From: an uncultured Gammaproteobacteria bacterium
GTDB lineage: Bacteria; Patescibacteriota; Microgenomatia; Levybacterales; UBA12049
NCBI GenBank assembly: GCA_965230895.1
Contig: OZ246394.1
Span: 1,505,887 to 1,569,886, forward strand
Direction of reading: 5' to 3'
DNA length: 64,000 nt
The notes below the pieces were generated by a model. It was not told where the DNA came from, ran no database searches, and saw only the letters and a program-made list of their open reading frames with translations. This document shows positions 30,572 to 39,246 of the stretch, piece by piece. Every line of letters starts with the position of its first letter. The first letter of the stretch is position 1. The position numbers were made by a program, and so were the translations under genes.

Positions 30572-31144
30572 TCATCGATCCTGATTATAATTTGGTGGGA
30601 CAATCTTTGGTTGTTCTGATGAATTATGTATTTCTGGAGGTGCGGGGTTTCCTGGTGGCCTGCAAAAGCCTCCAACCATAAGGAATGCATCTTTTGCACA
30701 GCTTACCTTAAATACATTTTTAAAAGGTGAGTTCTCTCTCGTCAAAACTGGTCTTGGAGTAGGTGTTGGCATTACAATTGGACCTGAAGCGATAATACGT
30801 TTTGTACCTTTTTGAGGGAGGGAGGGTTTCTGAGCTTGTATCGGGTTAATTCTTGCTTGTGCAGGATCAGGAGGCAATGGTGCTCCTCCAGAACATTGTC
30901 CTGCTCGTCCAGCTCCATATGGTATGCAAAATCCTGCTCCTTCGCATTGGTTATTCCCAGCCATGTCACATCCTCGGACCATAAGTTGTGGACGTTGTAC
31001 CTCAGATACATTCGTCTCAGCAGCAAATTGTTTTATTATTTGAGGCTGAAGCATGGTAAAAATTGTTAATGCCAGGATAGGGAACATGATAAAAAAGAAA
31101 AGTAAATTTTCTTTTTGCTTCTTCATCTTTTTCTTTCGTACCAT
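30572..31144 (-). CDS. Truncated/degenerate Cys-rich exoprotein (cassette copy 3)
   Basis: Same basic N-terminus and signal (LLFFFIMFPILALTIFTMLQPQ) and the same C-terminal KIVPPNYN tail motif. It lacks the ~300-aa conserved N-domain. Confidence 0.5.
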   Translation of the reverse strand: MVRKKKMKKQKENLLFFFIMFPILALTIFTMLQPQIIKQFAAETNVSEVQRPQLMVRGCDMAGNNQCEGAGFCIPYGAGRAGQCSGGAPLPPDPAQARINPIQAQKPSLPQKGTKRIIASGPIVMPTPTPRPVLTRENSPFKNVFKVSCAKDAFLMVGGFCRPPGNPAPPEIHNSSEQPKIVPPNYNQDR

Positions 31145-31149
31145 ATTAT

Positions 31150-31752
31150 TTATTTTATTTTACTTGGTGGGATAGCAAAACTTGTTACAGTATGGATAAC
31201 ACCGTTTTTGCTTTCTATATTATAAACTTCTAAATAAGAATAGCCATTAATGACCCAAAAATCTTTTCCTTTATAAAATTTAAGTTTCTCTCCCTGAATA
31301 GTTGTCAGCTCCATTCCATTTTTCAAATCTTCCGCTAAGTACTTTCCTCGCACAACATGGTATCCCAACAATTGTCTCAGAGCATCTTTTTGTTTGGGAG
31401 ATTTCAGGGAATCTGTAAATTCATCTGAAAGATTGTTATATGCAGTATTTGTTGGCGCAAATACAGTAAACGGACCGGGTTCGTGAAGCATTGCACTTGC
31501 ACTAGCAGAATCTAAGAGCGAGGCGAATCTATTTGTCTCGGGAGAATATGAAAGGTTATCCATAATATCTTTTGAAGGCCTCATGTATACGCCATCATAT
31601 TCAATTGTGGAAGGATTGGCATAAATAGTGTATGCGCCAATAGGAATAAAGACTAAGAGGGCGAAAATTACTAAAATAAGTATTTTGACATAAAGTTTCA
31701 TAGGTTTCATCCATCGTAACGTACGTAAAATACTTCTGTCAAATAGATACAA
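31150..31752 (-). CDS. Fasciclin (FAS1) domain protein
   Basis: FTVFAPTNTAYNNL...LLGYHVVRGKYLAEDLKNGMELTTIQGEKLKF...NGVIHTVTSFAIP. Confidence 0.7.
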   Translation of the reverse strand: MYLFDRSILRTLRWMKPMKLYVKILILVIFALLVFIPIGAYTIYANPSTIEYDGVYMRPSKDIMDNLSYSPETNRFASLLDSASASAMLHEPGPFTVFAPTNTAYNNLSDEFTDSLKSPKQKDALRQLLGYHVVRGKYLAEDLKNGMELTTIQGEKLKFYKGKDFWVINGYSYLEVYNIESKNGVIHTVTSFAIPPSKIK

Positions 31753-31824
31753 AAAAAGTATCTAGCATTACATTCAAAGAAATAAATATAAAAACTAGAT
31801 ACTTTTTCGTTTAAGACTGATGTC

Positions 31825-32217
31825 TTATTTCAACTCAACAGTAGCTCCTGCTGCTGTAAGTTTTTCTTTTGCTTCATCAGCTGTTTTTTTGTTAACTTGG
31901 TTCAAAACTTCTTTTGGTGCCGCATCAACTAAGTCCTTCGCTTCTTTAAGACCCAATGCTGGGTTTATTTCTCGAAGTGCTTTAATAACAGCGATCTTTT
32001 GAGCGCCTGCGCTTGCAATGATAACGTCAAATGAAGTCTTTTCTTCTGCAGGTTCTCCAGCATCAGCTGATCCACCAGCTGCAGGTGCAGCGGCGACCAT
32101 AGTTGCGGCAGCAGAAACTCCGAACTTTTCTTCAAGAGCCTTTACTAAATCTGAAAGCTCGAGAACTGACATCTCTTCAATTGCTTGCATTAATTCGTCT
32201 TTACTTAATTTCGCCAT
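31825..32217 (-). CDS. rplL: 50S ribosomal protein L7/L12
   Basis: [34 protein letters not shown]...[11 protein letters not shown]...[10 protein letters not shown]...ATVELK. Confidence 0.9.
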   Translation of the reverse strand: MAKLSKDELMQAIEEMSVLELSDLVKALEEKFGVSAAATMVAAAPAAGGSADAGEPAEEKTSFDVIIASAGAQKIAVIKALREINPALGLKEAKDLVDAAPKEVLNQVNKKTADEAKEKLTAAGATVELK

Positions 32218-32260
32218 CTATAATCACCTCCTTTTCGGTAGGGACTAGTACTTAGAAATC

Positions 32261-32809
32261 CTAAGCGCTAGCTCCTTTCTTGTCTTTAATTGCATTAAGT
32301 GTCATAACAAAATTTTGGATATTCCAACTGAGTGCTCGGTGTAAACCTTGGATAGGTGATTGCATCTGGCCAAGAAGCTTTGCTCGAAGTACTGGCAATG
32401 GTGGGAGAGTTGCGATCTTAATAACTTCTTTGTCTGTTACGATATTGCCTTCGATAAGACCAAATTTAACTTCTGGAAGTTTAAAATCTTTAATAGTCTT
32501 TGAAAGAAGCTTCAATGGTTCAACAACGTCACCATAGATGAAAAGTGCTGCTGTTGGTTTGGTGAATTTATCTTTTTCAGCTTCTGTATCTATCTTATCT
32601 GTAAGTGCTCGGAGCAAAAGTGTATTCTTTGCAGCTACGAATTCTGCATCAACTTTTTTTAAGCCTTTTTTCAAGCCTTCAAGTTGCTGGTGAGTAAGTC
32701 CTTGGTAATTCGCAAAAACGATACCGTTCGCTCGTCCTACCTTTTCAATGAGTTCAGCTGTGATAGCTTCTTTTTTTAATCTGTTTTGTGATGTATTTAC
32801 GTCTGCCAT
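32261..32809 (-). CDS. rplJ: 50S ribosomal protein L10
   Basis: MADVNTSQNRLKKEAITAELIEKV...FVAAKNTLLLRAL. The start is placed at the internal ATG (32809) rather than the ORF-track start 32833. Confidence 0.85.
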   Translation of the reverse strand: MADVNTSQNRLKKEAITAELIEKVGRANGIVFANYQGLTHQQLEGLKKGLKKVDAEFVAAKNTLLLRALTDKIDTEAEKDKFTKPTAALFIYGDVVEPLKLLSKTIKDFKLPEVKFGLIEGNIVTDKEVIKIATLPPLPVLRAKLLGQMQSPIQGLHRALSWNIQNFVMTLNAIKDKKGASA

Positions 32810-32958
32810 AGTAATAATAAAAAAGACACTCACGAGGAGTGCCGAAAATACGAAGTATCTAATTTGGCTCCTCGGTTGGACTTATCTTTGTGCCAACTGT
32901 CTTTGGAATATCTAGCATTATAGCAATCTTGATGGGGAATGTAAAGTGTCGTTCAGAC

Positions 32959-35151
32959 TTATGGAGCTGTTACTCGTAATCCATCGAGGTATACAATACT
33001 TGTTGAACTGTCTGGACCTCTATAAAGTCCTGATTTCATATAGTTACTACTGCTGGACATTGTTGCTCTATTTGTCTTTGGTACTGTTTGTACGCCATTT
33101 TCCCATCCCTCGACAAATCCAGTGCTCGCATTGCTCGAAAACTTTGCATGAAGTACATAATTTGTCCAAACACCTTTGCGGACAGGTCCAAGGCTAAGGT
33201 TCGGGTGTGTGACACCATCTCCTCCAATATCAACGGTTCCGCTTGAGCTTACGTTAATTGCCAATGGGGGAGAACCGCTACCTGAATGAAACTGTAAAAC
33301 AATAAACCACCCTCCAGTAGGATTGGTAAATGAGTTATCAAATTTTACAGAAAATTCGTACCATCGCTCATCTCCCTCAACTACGTCTGCTGTCTCTGGT
33401 GCCGTAACCTCAGCTCGTTCTCCACCAAAATCCGGTTCATCACCAGGTCTGACTTCATATCGTGCAGCTGTTTCGTGGCCGGCTCCATCGTTTACAATCT
33501 TCGCCATATAATCCGCACCGCTATAGCTACTGCAACCGCTATTCATGCCTTTCCATTGACATGTGCTCCATTGACTAAAATTACCTGTGTCATAGTTGCC
33601 TACAAAGACCTCCTTTGTCCCTACAGGAACTTGTCCGACACTAGTTGAGGGTGATGGAGAAATTAATGGTGTTGTCCCAAATATTGTTGGAGTGAGATTA
33701 CTCGGAGCCTGTGAAGTCGTTGGTTGCGCTCCACCAGATGGTTCAGTCGACGGTTGTGGCTCAGTTGATGGTTCAGGGCAAGGGTTGTTCGGATCGGTTG
33801 GCAATGGTACATTTCCACCTCTTAGGATATATTCAATAAGCCAGATAAGGAATCGCATAAATCGTTCGATGAAGCCACCTCCACGATTTCTCTTGTACTT
33901 CTTTTTACCTTTTTTATTTGTTTGGACGGATGAAGAGCTGTCTGAGGCACATGGTGCAACAGTGGAAGGATAAGGATTACTTGCTCCGCCAGAAGGATTA
34001 ACACCACCAGTAACGCCAGGAGTTCCAGCTCCAGGGTTACCGCCGCCAGCACCTGGAGTTGTAGTTGTCCCAATCGGAGCACAAGGAGGTTCACCGACGC
34101 CACCGACACAATAAATTGTTGGTGTTATTAATGATGGGGTATTTGATGGTTGTGTCCCAGTTGTTGGTTGCGTTCCACCTGCAACTGGAGTGTAACTATT
34201 CCATTCTTTCAATACACGTAACTTTTCCCATGGAATACCATTCATTTGATAGTAGTCACTCGTGAATCCTACACTTGGGTATGGATCATTCTTATCCATA
34301 GGGTGCTCGAATTGGAATGCCATTCCTGCACCTCCACAGTCAATAACATAAGCTCCATACTTTTGCAGCGCCTTTGCAACGGTTTTTTCGCCCGCAGACA
34401 TGGAAAGAGAATCAACATTTACAGATGGATCAAGCTGGACACGTGCACCTTCAGGAATTGCTCCGGCTCCACTGTACTTTCCATCGGTCTTTACAGCAGG
34501 GAAGCGAATTTCGTTCACGGCGCAATAACTGGACGAGAATACCAGAGCATGTTCAATATTTCCTTGTTCCATCTCATATGTTCTGACAATTCCAGCTAAA
34601 CGCGAAGTGCCTGCGCCAATTGCAGAATTTTCGGGAGAACCACGTCCATCACCATCAAGTGGCAAAATTCCACCCCAGTTGGTCGTGGCTTTATCATCTT
34701 TATAAATCCAGAATTCATAACTCTTGCGGGCAGAGAGATCAACAATTACCATTTGGCCATCTGAACCTGGTGCTTGCCGAGCATCATCCGGAATTGGTAC
34801 TGGCTCAGTTGAAATTCCACAAGTACCCCAACTTTCTGTACATTTAATATTATGCTTTGGCGTTGATGCATCGGCGAAATAAATCGGAGTACCAAATTCG
34901 TATAAATCAGCGACTTTATCTCCACCAGCTAATGTTTTGACCATTTCAGCACTTTTTGGATCGAGTTGGACGTTGGTCCCAATTGGTTGATTCCATGCAC
35001 TGTCGTCAGCAAATGGGCGACCAGCATTTGTAGTCATATTTGTAGAAGCTTTGCTTCTATTGTCTTGCTGTTGGAGGACGGAGAATATCGTGAGAGGAAT
35101 TGCCAGCGCAACAAGGAGTGTCGGTATCAAAACATTAGGCTTTTTTCCCAT
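32959..35151 (-). CDS. Secreted multi-domain protein with a C-terminal concanavalin-like / polysaccharide-lyase-like domain and a shared internal K-rich/amphipathic module
   Basis: N-terminal anchor LLVALAIPLTIFSVLQQQDNRSKA. C-terminal about 250 aa (WYEFSVKFD...IVLQFHSGSG...LYRG...VYLDG) resembles the Polysacc_lyase / ConA-like fold. The internal segment PSLITPTIYCVGG...KKYKRNRGGGFIERFMRFLIWLIEYILRGG... is shared with the next gene. Confidence 0.55.
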   Translation of the reverse strand: MGKKPNVLIPTLLVALAIPLTIFSVLQQQDNRSKASTNMTTNAGRPFADDSAWNQPIGTNVQLDPKSAEMVKTLAGGDKVADLYEFGTPIYFADASTPKHNIKCTESWGTCGISTEPVPIPDDARQAPGSDGQMVIVDLSARKSYEFWIYKDDKATTNWGGILPLDGDGRGSPENSAIGAGTSRLAGIVRTYEMEQGNIEHALVFSSSYCAVNEIRFPAVKTDGKYSGAGAIPEGARVQLDPSVNVDSLSMSAGEKTVAKALQKYGAYVIDCGGAGMAFQFEHPMDKNDPYPSVGFTSDYYQMNGIPWEKLRVLKEWNSYTPVAGGTQPTTGTQPSNTPSLITPTIYCVGGVGEPPCAPIGTTTTPGAGGGNPGAGTPGVTGGVNPSGGASNPYPSTVAPCASDSSSSVQTNKKGKKKYKRNRGGGFIERFMRFLIWLIEYILRGGNVPLPTDPNNPCPEPSTEPQPSTEPSGGAQPTTSQAPSNLTPTIFGTTPLISPSPSTSVGQVPVGTKEVFVGNYDTGNFSQWSTCQWKGMNSGCSSYSGADYMAKIVNDGAGHETAARYEVRPGDEPDFGGERAEVTAPETADVVEGDERWYEFSVKFDNSFTNPTGGWFIVLQFHSGSGSPPLAINVSSSGTVDIGGDGVTHPNLSLGPVRKGVWTNYVLHAKFSSNASTGFVEGWENGVQTVPKTNRATMSSSSNYMKSGLYRGPDSSTSIVYLDGLRVTAP
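33700..34145. repeat. About 440-nt intragenic segment that is about 85-90% identical to 35740..36150 in the neighbouring gene
   Basis: Direct nucleotide comparison. For example, atttccacctcttaggatatattcaataagccagataaggaatcgcataaatcg matches atttccacctcttagaatatattcaataagccagataaggaaccgcataaatcg. Confidence 0.7.
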
Positions 35152-35217
35152 AGGTCAAGTATATCTAGTTTATAAAAAAAGGAATGGATAATACAAGTAC
35201 AAGTTATAAAGTAACCG

Positions 35218-37398
35218 TTATGTTTTCGGAGTCATGCATGTTCCAGTTGTTTGGTCCCAAATCGGTTTTGGATCCACAGGAAGGTCTGCTGGTGGATCGA
35301 CAATGATTTGTATATCTCCCGATGTTGTCAATGATTCTTCACACTGAATAACAGATTCACTATCTGAAGGGTTTCCTACATAAAGATCAACCATTGTGAC
35401 TGCACCACAACCATTTGGTGCGGTCCATGAAACTGCACATTCATCCTCTTTGATGAAATACTTTTGTACACGTGGTACATAAATTTTTTGTCCATAGCTA
35501 TACGCTCCAGTACCGGCAGGGGATGCAAATGTTAATGGGTCAGCATATGTGCCTGTTCCACCAGCTTCTTGATGAATGACTGGATTTGAAATATCTTTGG
35601 AACCCTTTGGATCATTATCATAAGATCCATAAAATGTAACTTTGACATTAGCTTGTGTACCGCCGCTCGCAGCAGGTGATACCGATGGTGTGGTGCCGGA
35701 TGGATCAACAGATGGTTGTGTACTAATTGTCGGTTGTGTCTCTATTGATGGCTCAACTGAAGGTTGAGGGTCAGTTGATGGCTCAGGGCATGGGTTATTT
35801 GGATCAGTTGGGATAGGGACATTTCCACCTCTTAGAATATATTCAATAAGCCAGATAAGGAACCGCATAAATCGCTCTATGAAACCACCTCCACGATTTC
35901 TCTTGTACTTCTTCTTGTGCTTCTTATTATGCATGACACTACTGGTGCTTTCCTGGCAAGGTGCAACATTTGAAGGATAAGGAGTACTTGCACCACCAGA
36001 TGGATTCACTCCACCAGTGACACCTGGAGTTCCAGCGCCTGGAGATCCACCACCTGCACCTGGAGTTGTTGTTGTATCAATTGGAGCACAAGGAGGTTGT
36101 CCTGCTCCACCTACGCAGTAAATGGTTGGGGTAATAAGTGATGGAGCCGAGGACACTCCTGGACTTGCTCCTCCAGTTGCACCAAATTCATACGCACCAA
36201 TATCAATGCCGCTTCCCGCAGGTCGGGCTTTATTCTCTTTATCAAACGCTGGTGCTCCTGCCGCTGTTCCTTTATCAATTGCTGCTGAACCAGCAGTCAG
36301 GTGATAATCTCCATTTCCAACAAATCCTGGATTACTCGTAATATTGTTACTCATTTGAAGGCCTGAGCTATTAGCGCTTCCAATGATGATGTTATTAAAT
36401 ACAGGATTGCTGCCACTTGGAGTTTCAATCACTTTAATCGCTTGTTGCTCATCAATTGTATTGTTGTAAACACGAATATCAGATAATGTTCCTCCGGGTT
36501 CGACCCAAAAGGTGATACCCCCGCCGGCATTGCCATAAATTACATTATTGAAGATATCGATGTTACCAGCTTTTCTTGGATTTTCTGCACCATCATATGA
36601 AGTCTCAGCAGCAATCATAATACCCGCTTTACTGCCTTCAGTTGTTCCATAAGAAATGTTATTGTAGATCTTCACACCACTTGAACCGTCAACATAAATG
36701 TTTGGTCCACGGTTTCCGAATACTACATTGTCATGAATACTTCCATTAACGTCGCCTGCACCATTGTATTTCGCATCAATACCTTCTTCACCATTGCCAT
36801 GGACTTGGCAGTTCTTGATTTCGAAACCTGTTGATCCACCAGTAATACTGAGAGCCTCTCCACCTGCACTTGTTCCCATGGCGTTGGTGCCATGAATATT
36901 ACAACCGTCTACAACAACATTCTTACTTTGCCAGATAATCAAACCGCCTTGCTGGGAACCATCAATTTCAAAGTCTTTTAAGAGCAAACCATCTGCATTA
37001 TTTACGTTTGCACCATAATCACCTGAATCCTTTACCGTAAATCCAATCAGTTTAACGTTTTTACCGCTGATCTTCATCGTGCCATTGGTGATAACTCTTC
37101 CACCGGTTGCCTGGATTGTGACATCACTTGCTGATATGTTAAGTGCTTCATTATATGTGCCAGCTGCCACGTTTACAGTCCCACCTGAACCTGCTGATTG
37201 GATTGCAGAATTGATTGATCCACCTGGTTGTACCTCAACTGCAACTCGTGCTGGAGCTGCTTTGCTACGATTATCCTGTTGTTGTCGCGCAGCAATGATT
37301 GTGATGGGAAGTACGAATAGTGCTAATAGAACAGCAAAAAGAATTTTACGATTTTTCATCCTTACCTTTATGTTATCTACAAAACTCTTGTAATACAA
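35218..37398 (-). CDS. Secreted right-handed beta-helix (pectate-lyase-like, PbH1 repeats) protein with the shared internal module and a distinct C-terminal domain
   Basis: N-terminal anchor LLALFVLPITIIAARQQQDNRSKA. Repeated NNxIxGN / GxxIxxNNT beta-helix rungs (HDNVVFGNRGPNIYV, NNVIYGNAGGGITFW, FNNIIIGSANSSG). Internal KKYKRNRGGGFIERFMRFLIWLIEYILRGG module. C-terminal about 180-aa domain (KVTFYGSYDNDPKG...GTGTYADPLTFAS) that may be a DPBB/3D-like fold. Confidence 0.6.
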   Translation of the reverse strand: MYYKSFVDNIKVRMKNRKILFAVLLALFVLPITIIAARQQQDNRSKAAPARVAVEVQPGGSINSAIQSAGSGGTVNVAAGTYNEALNISASDVTIQATGGRVITNGTMKISGKNVKLIGFTVKDSGDYGANVNNADGLLLKDFEIDGSQQGGLIIWQSKNVVVDGCNIHGTNAMGTSAGGEALSITGGSTGFEIKNCQVHGNGEEGIDAKYNGAGDVNGSIHDNVVFGNRGPNIYVDGSSGVKIYNNISYGTTEGSKAGIMIAAETSYDGAENPRKAGNIDIFNNVIYGNAGGGITFWVEPGGTLSDIRVYNNTIDEQQAIKVIETPSGSNPVFNNIIIGSANSSGLQMSNNITSNPGFVGNGDYHLTAGSAAIDKGTAAGAPAFDKENKARPAGSGIDIGAYEFGATGGASPGVSSAPSLITPTIYCVGGAGQPPCAPIDTTTTPGAGGGSPGAGTPGVTGGVNPSGGASTPYPSNVAPCQESTSSVMHNKKHKKKYKRNRGGGFIERFMRFLIWLIEYILRGGNVPIPTDPNNPCPEPSTDPQPSVEPSIETQPTISTQPSVDPSGTTPSVSPAASGGTQANVKVTFYGSYDNDPKGSKDISNPVIHQEAGGTGTYADPLTFASPAGTGAYSYGQKIYVPRVQKYFIKEDECAVSWTAPNGCGAVTMVDLYVGNPSDSESVIQCEESLTTSGDIQIIVDPPADLPVDPKPIWDQTTGTCMTPKT
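35740..36150. repeat. Second copy of the ~440-nt shared intragenic segment (see 33700..34145)
   Basis: Same as above. Encodes PSLITPTIYCVGG...GGGFIERFMRFLIWLIEYILRGGNVP..PTDPNNPCPEPST. Confidence 0.7.
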
Positions 37399-37424
37399 GT
37401 ATTTATTTTAGGTTGTGAAAATTA

Positions 37425-37955
37425 TTAGCTTTGATAGCCTAACTTATTAAGCATTCTAGTGGTGGAATTATGGTGGAATTCATAATTTACAGGAATTATT
37501 CCTGACCCTGCAGCACGTGCCTGTTTAATTTTTAATTCAAGATGAGGATCGAATACAGGTACGGCTACTTGTGCAGGACCAAAAGCTTTATATCTTTCAG
37601 TGAAAGCGCTTGAGTCATCATAAGATGGAGCTCCAGGTAGTATAAAAACCAGTTTCACTACTTCAAGTTCGGAGGCAAACTCAGCACGTTCATCTTCGTT
37701 GTTAATTGGACGATCTGGTTTATTGAGTGCAACCGATGCGTCATTTTCTAATCCAAGAGCGAGAATTCCAGGAGTCGCTTGATCTGCTGCATGAAGATAT
37801 CGTGTGTGTCCAACATGTGGTATGTCCAGAACACCCAAGGCAACTTTTGTTCTTATTCCAGCACTGCGTGCTTGACGGAAAAGTACCGCAGCTTCATCGA
37901 AAGAAATGATTTTATCTTGTGGAGGCAGGTGACCAATATGATCAATCTCTACCAT
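37425..37955 (-). CDS. Cytidylyl-/adenylyl-transferase-like nucleotidyltransferase (HxGH family)
   Basis: GVLDIPHVGHTRYL is an HxGH nucleotidyltransferase motif, as in TagD/RfaE-II/NMNAT. About 175 aa. Confidence 0.5.
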   Translation of the reverse strand: MVEIDHIGHLPPQDKIISFDEAAVLFRQARSAGIRTKVALGVLDIPHVGHTRYLHAADQATPGILALGLENDASVALNKPDRPINNEDERAEFASELEVVKLVFILPGAPSYDDSSAFTERYKAFGPAQVAVPVFDPHLELKIKQARAAGSGIIPVNYEFHHNSTTRMLNKLGYQS

Positions 37956-37961
37956 AAAAGA

Positions 37962-38801
37962 TTAAAGAGAAGCAGTTTCGAGCTTCAAACCAGGGGAAAT
38001 GGTTGATTTTAATGTAACGTTCTTAATGTTTTTAACCTTAACTGCACTGATAGCTGTTTTGATGTTGTCAGCCAATTTCTTATCTCCAAATGAAACTTTA
38101 CCAACAGCCATGTGAAGAATAGGGAACTTAGCTTCTGTTTTGAAATTGATTTGACCGCCAGCAAATTTCTTTGCAGCTTCTTCTGGCTTCGGAGTTACTG
38201 TACCATTCTTTGGATTTGGCATAAGTCCTCGAGGTCCAAGAACACGTGCAACTCGAGCTAGCTTAGGCATAGCATCAGGTGTTGCGATCAAGACATCGAA
38301 ATCAACTTTTCCTGCTTCAATTGCTTTGATAAGTTCATCTACAGCTTTTGGATCTTCAGAAGCATTTGCGATTGCAACACGTGTTTCTTTACCAGTTCCG
38401 TGTGGCAAAACAACATTTCCTGAGATTCCTTTGTCGGTAGTATTGATATGGAGTTCAACTGTCTCATCAAACTTTGCTCGCTGGAGTTTTGGTAAAATTT
38501 CCAAAGCATCATGTAAAGAATACTTCTTATTTTTGTCAACTTCTGAAGAAACTTTTGAATAACTCTTTGAGTGTTTATCTTTTTTCTCAATAGCTTGTTT
38601 GATGTAATCTTTGCCTTTTACAGGTTTTGATTCTTCAACTTCTGTGTCAGATGCTGCTTCATTTGAATCTTCAGCAAGTTCTTTTACACCAGCCTTTGCC
38701 TTTGCTTCTTCAATTGCTTTTAATCGAGCTTTTTCTTTCGCTTGTGCTTTTTGTTCTGATTGGTCTTCTTCGCCAACTGTTTTTACTCTGATTTTTCCCA
38801 T
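37962..38801 (-). CDS. rplA: 50S ribosomal protein L1 with an ~85-aa Lys/Glu-rich N-terminal extension
   Basis: Core from KKYSLHDALEILPKLQRAKFDETVELHINT...GKVDFDV...GPRGLMPNPKNGTV to the end is canonical L1. The N-terminal MGKIRVKTVGEEDQSEQKAQAKEKARLKAIEEAKAKAG... is extra. Confidence 0.85.
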   Translation of the reverse strand: MGKIRVKTVGEEDQSEQKAQAKEKARLKAIEEAKAKAGVKELAEDSNEAASDTEVEESKPVKGKDYIKQAIEKKDKHSKSYSKVSSEVDKNKKYSLHDALEILPKLQRAKFDETVELHINTTDKGISGNVVLPHGTGKETRVAIANASEDPKAVDELIKAIEAGKVDFDVLIATPDAMPKLARVARVLGPRGLMPNPKNGTVTPKPEEAAKKFAGGQINFKTEAKFPILHMAVGKVSFGDKKLADNIKTAISAVKVKNIKNVTLKSTISPGLKLETASL

Positions 38802-38814
38802 ATAATCCTTTCTG

Positions 38815-39237
38815 TTATTCTACTGCGATACCCATACTTCGTGCAGTTCCTGCTACGATTCGAGCACCCATTTCAACATCATCTGTATTCAAATCTTCGA
38901 GCTTTGTTTCAGCAATTTCTCTCGCTTGAGCCATTGTTAATGTTGCATGCTTTTCTCGTCCTGGCTTTTGACCACCTTTATCTTTACCAATTGCTTTCTT
39001 AATCATTTCAGCAACTGGTGGCTTCTTTGTGATGAAACCAAATGTGCGGTCTTCATACACAGTGATAACAACTGGAATGACATTACCTTTAAGTTCAGCG
39101 GTCTTGTCGTTATATGCTTTAACGAACTCCATGATGTTTAAACCATGAGGCCCAAGTGCTGTACCAACAGGTGGCGCTGGTGTTGCAGCTCCTGCTGGAA
39201 GAGCGATTTTGATTAATGTTTTAATTTTCTTTGCCAT
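38815..39237 (-). CDS. rplK: 50S ribosomal protein L11
   Basis: [43 protein letters not shown]... Confidence 0.9.
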   Translation of the reverse strand: MAKKIKTLIKIALPAGAATPAPPVGTALGPHGLNIMEFVKAYNDKTAELKGNVIPVVITVYEDRTFGFITKKPPVAEMIKKAIGKDKGGQKPGREKHATLTMAQAREIAETKLEDLNTDDVEMGARIVAGTARSMGIAVE

Positions 39238-39246
39238 AATGTGTTA

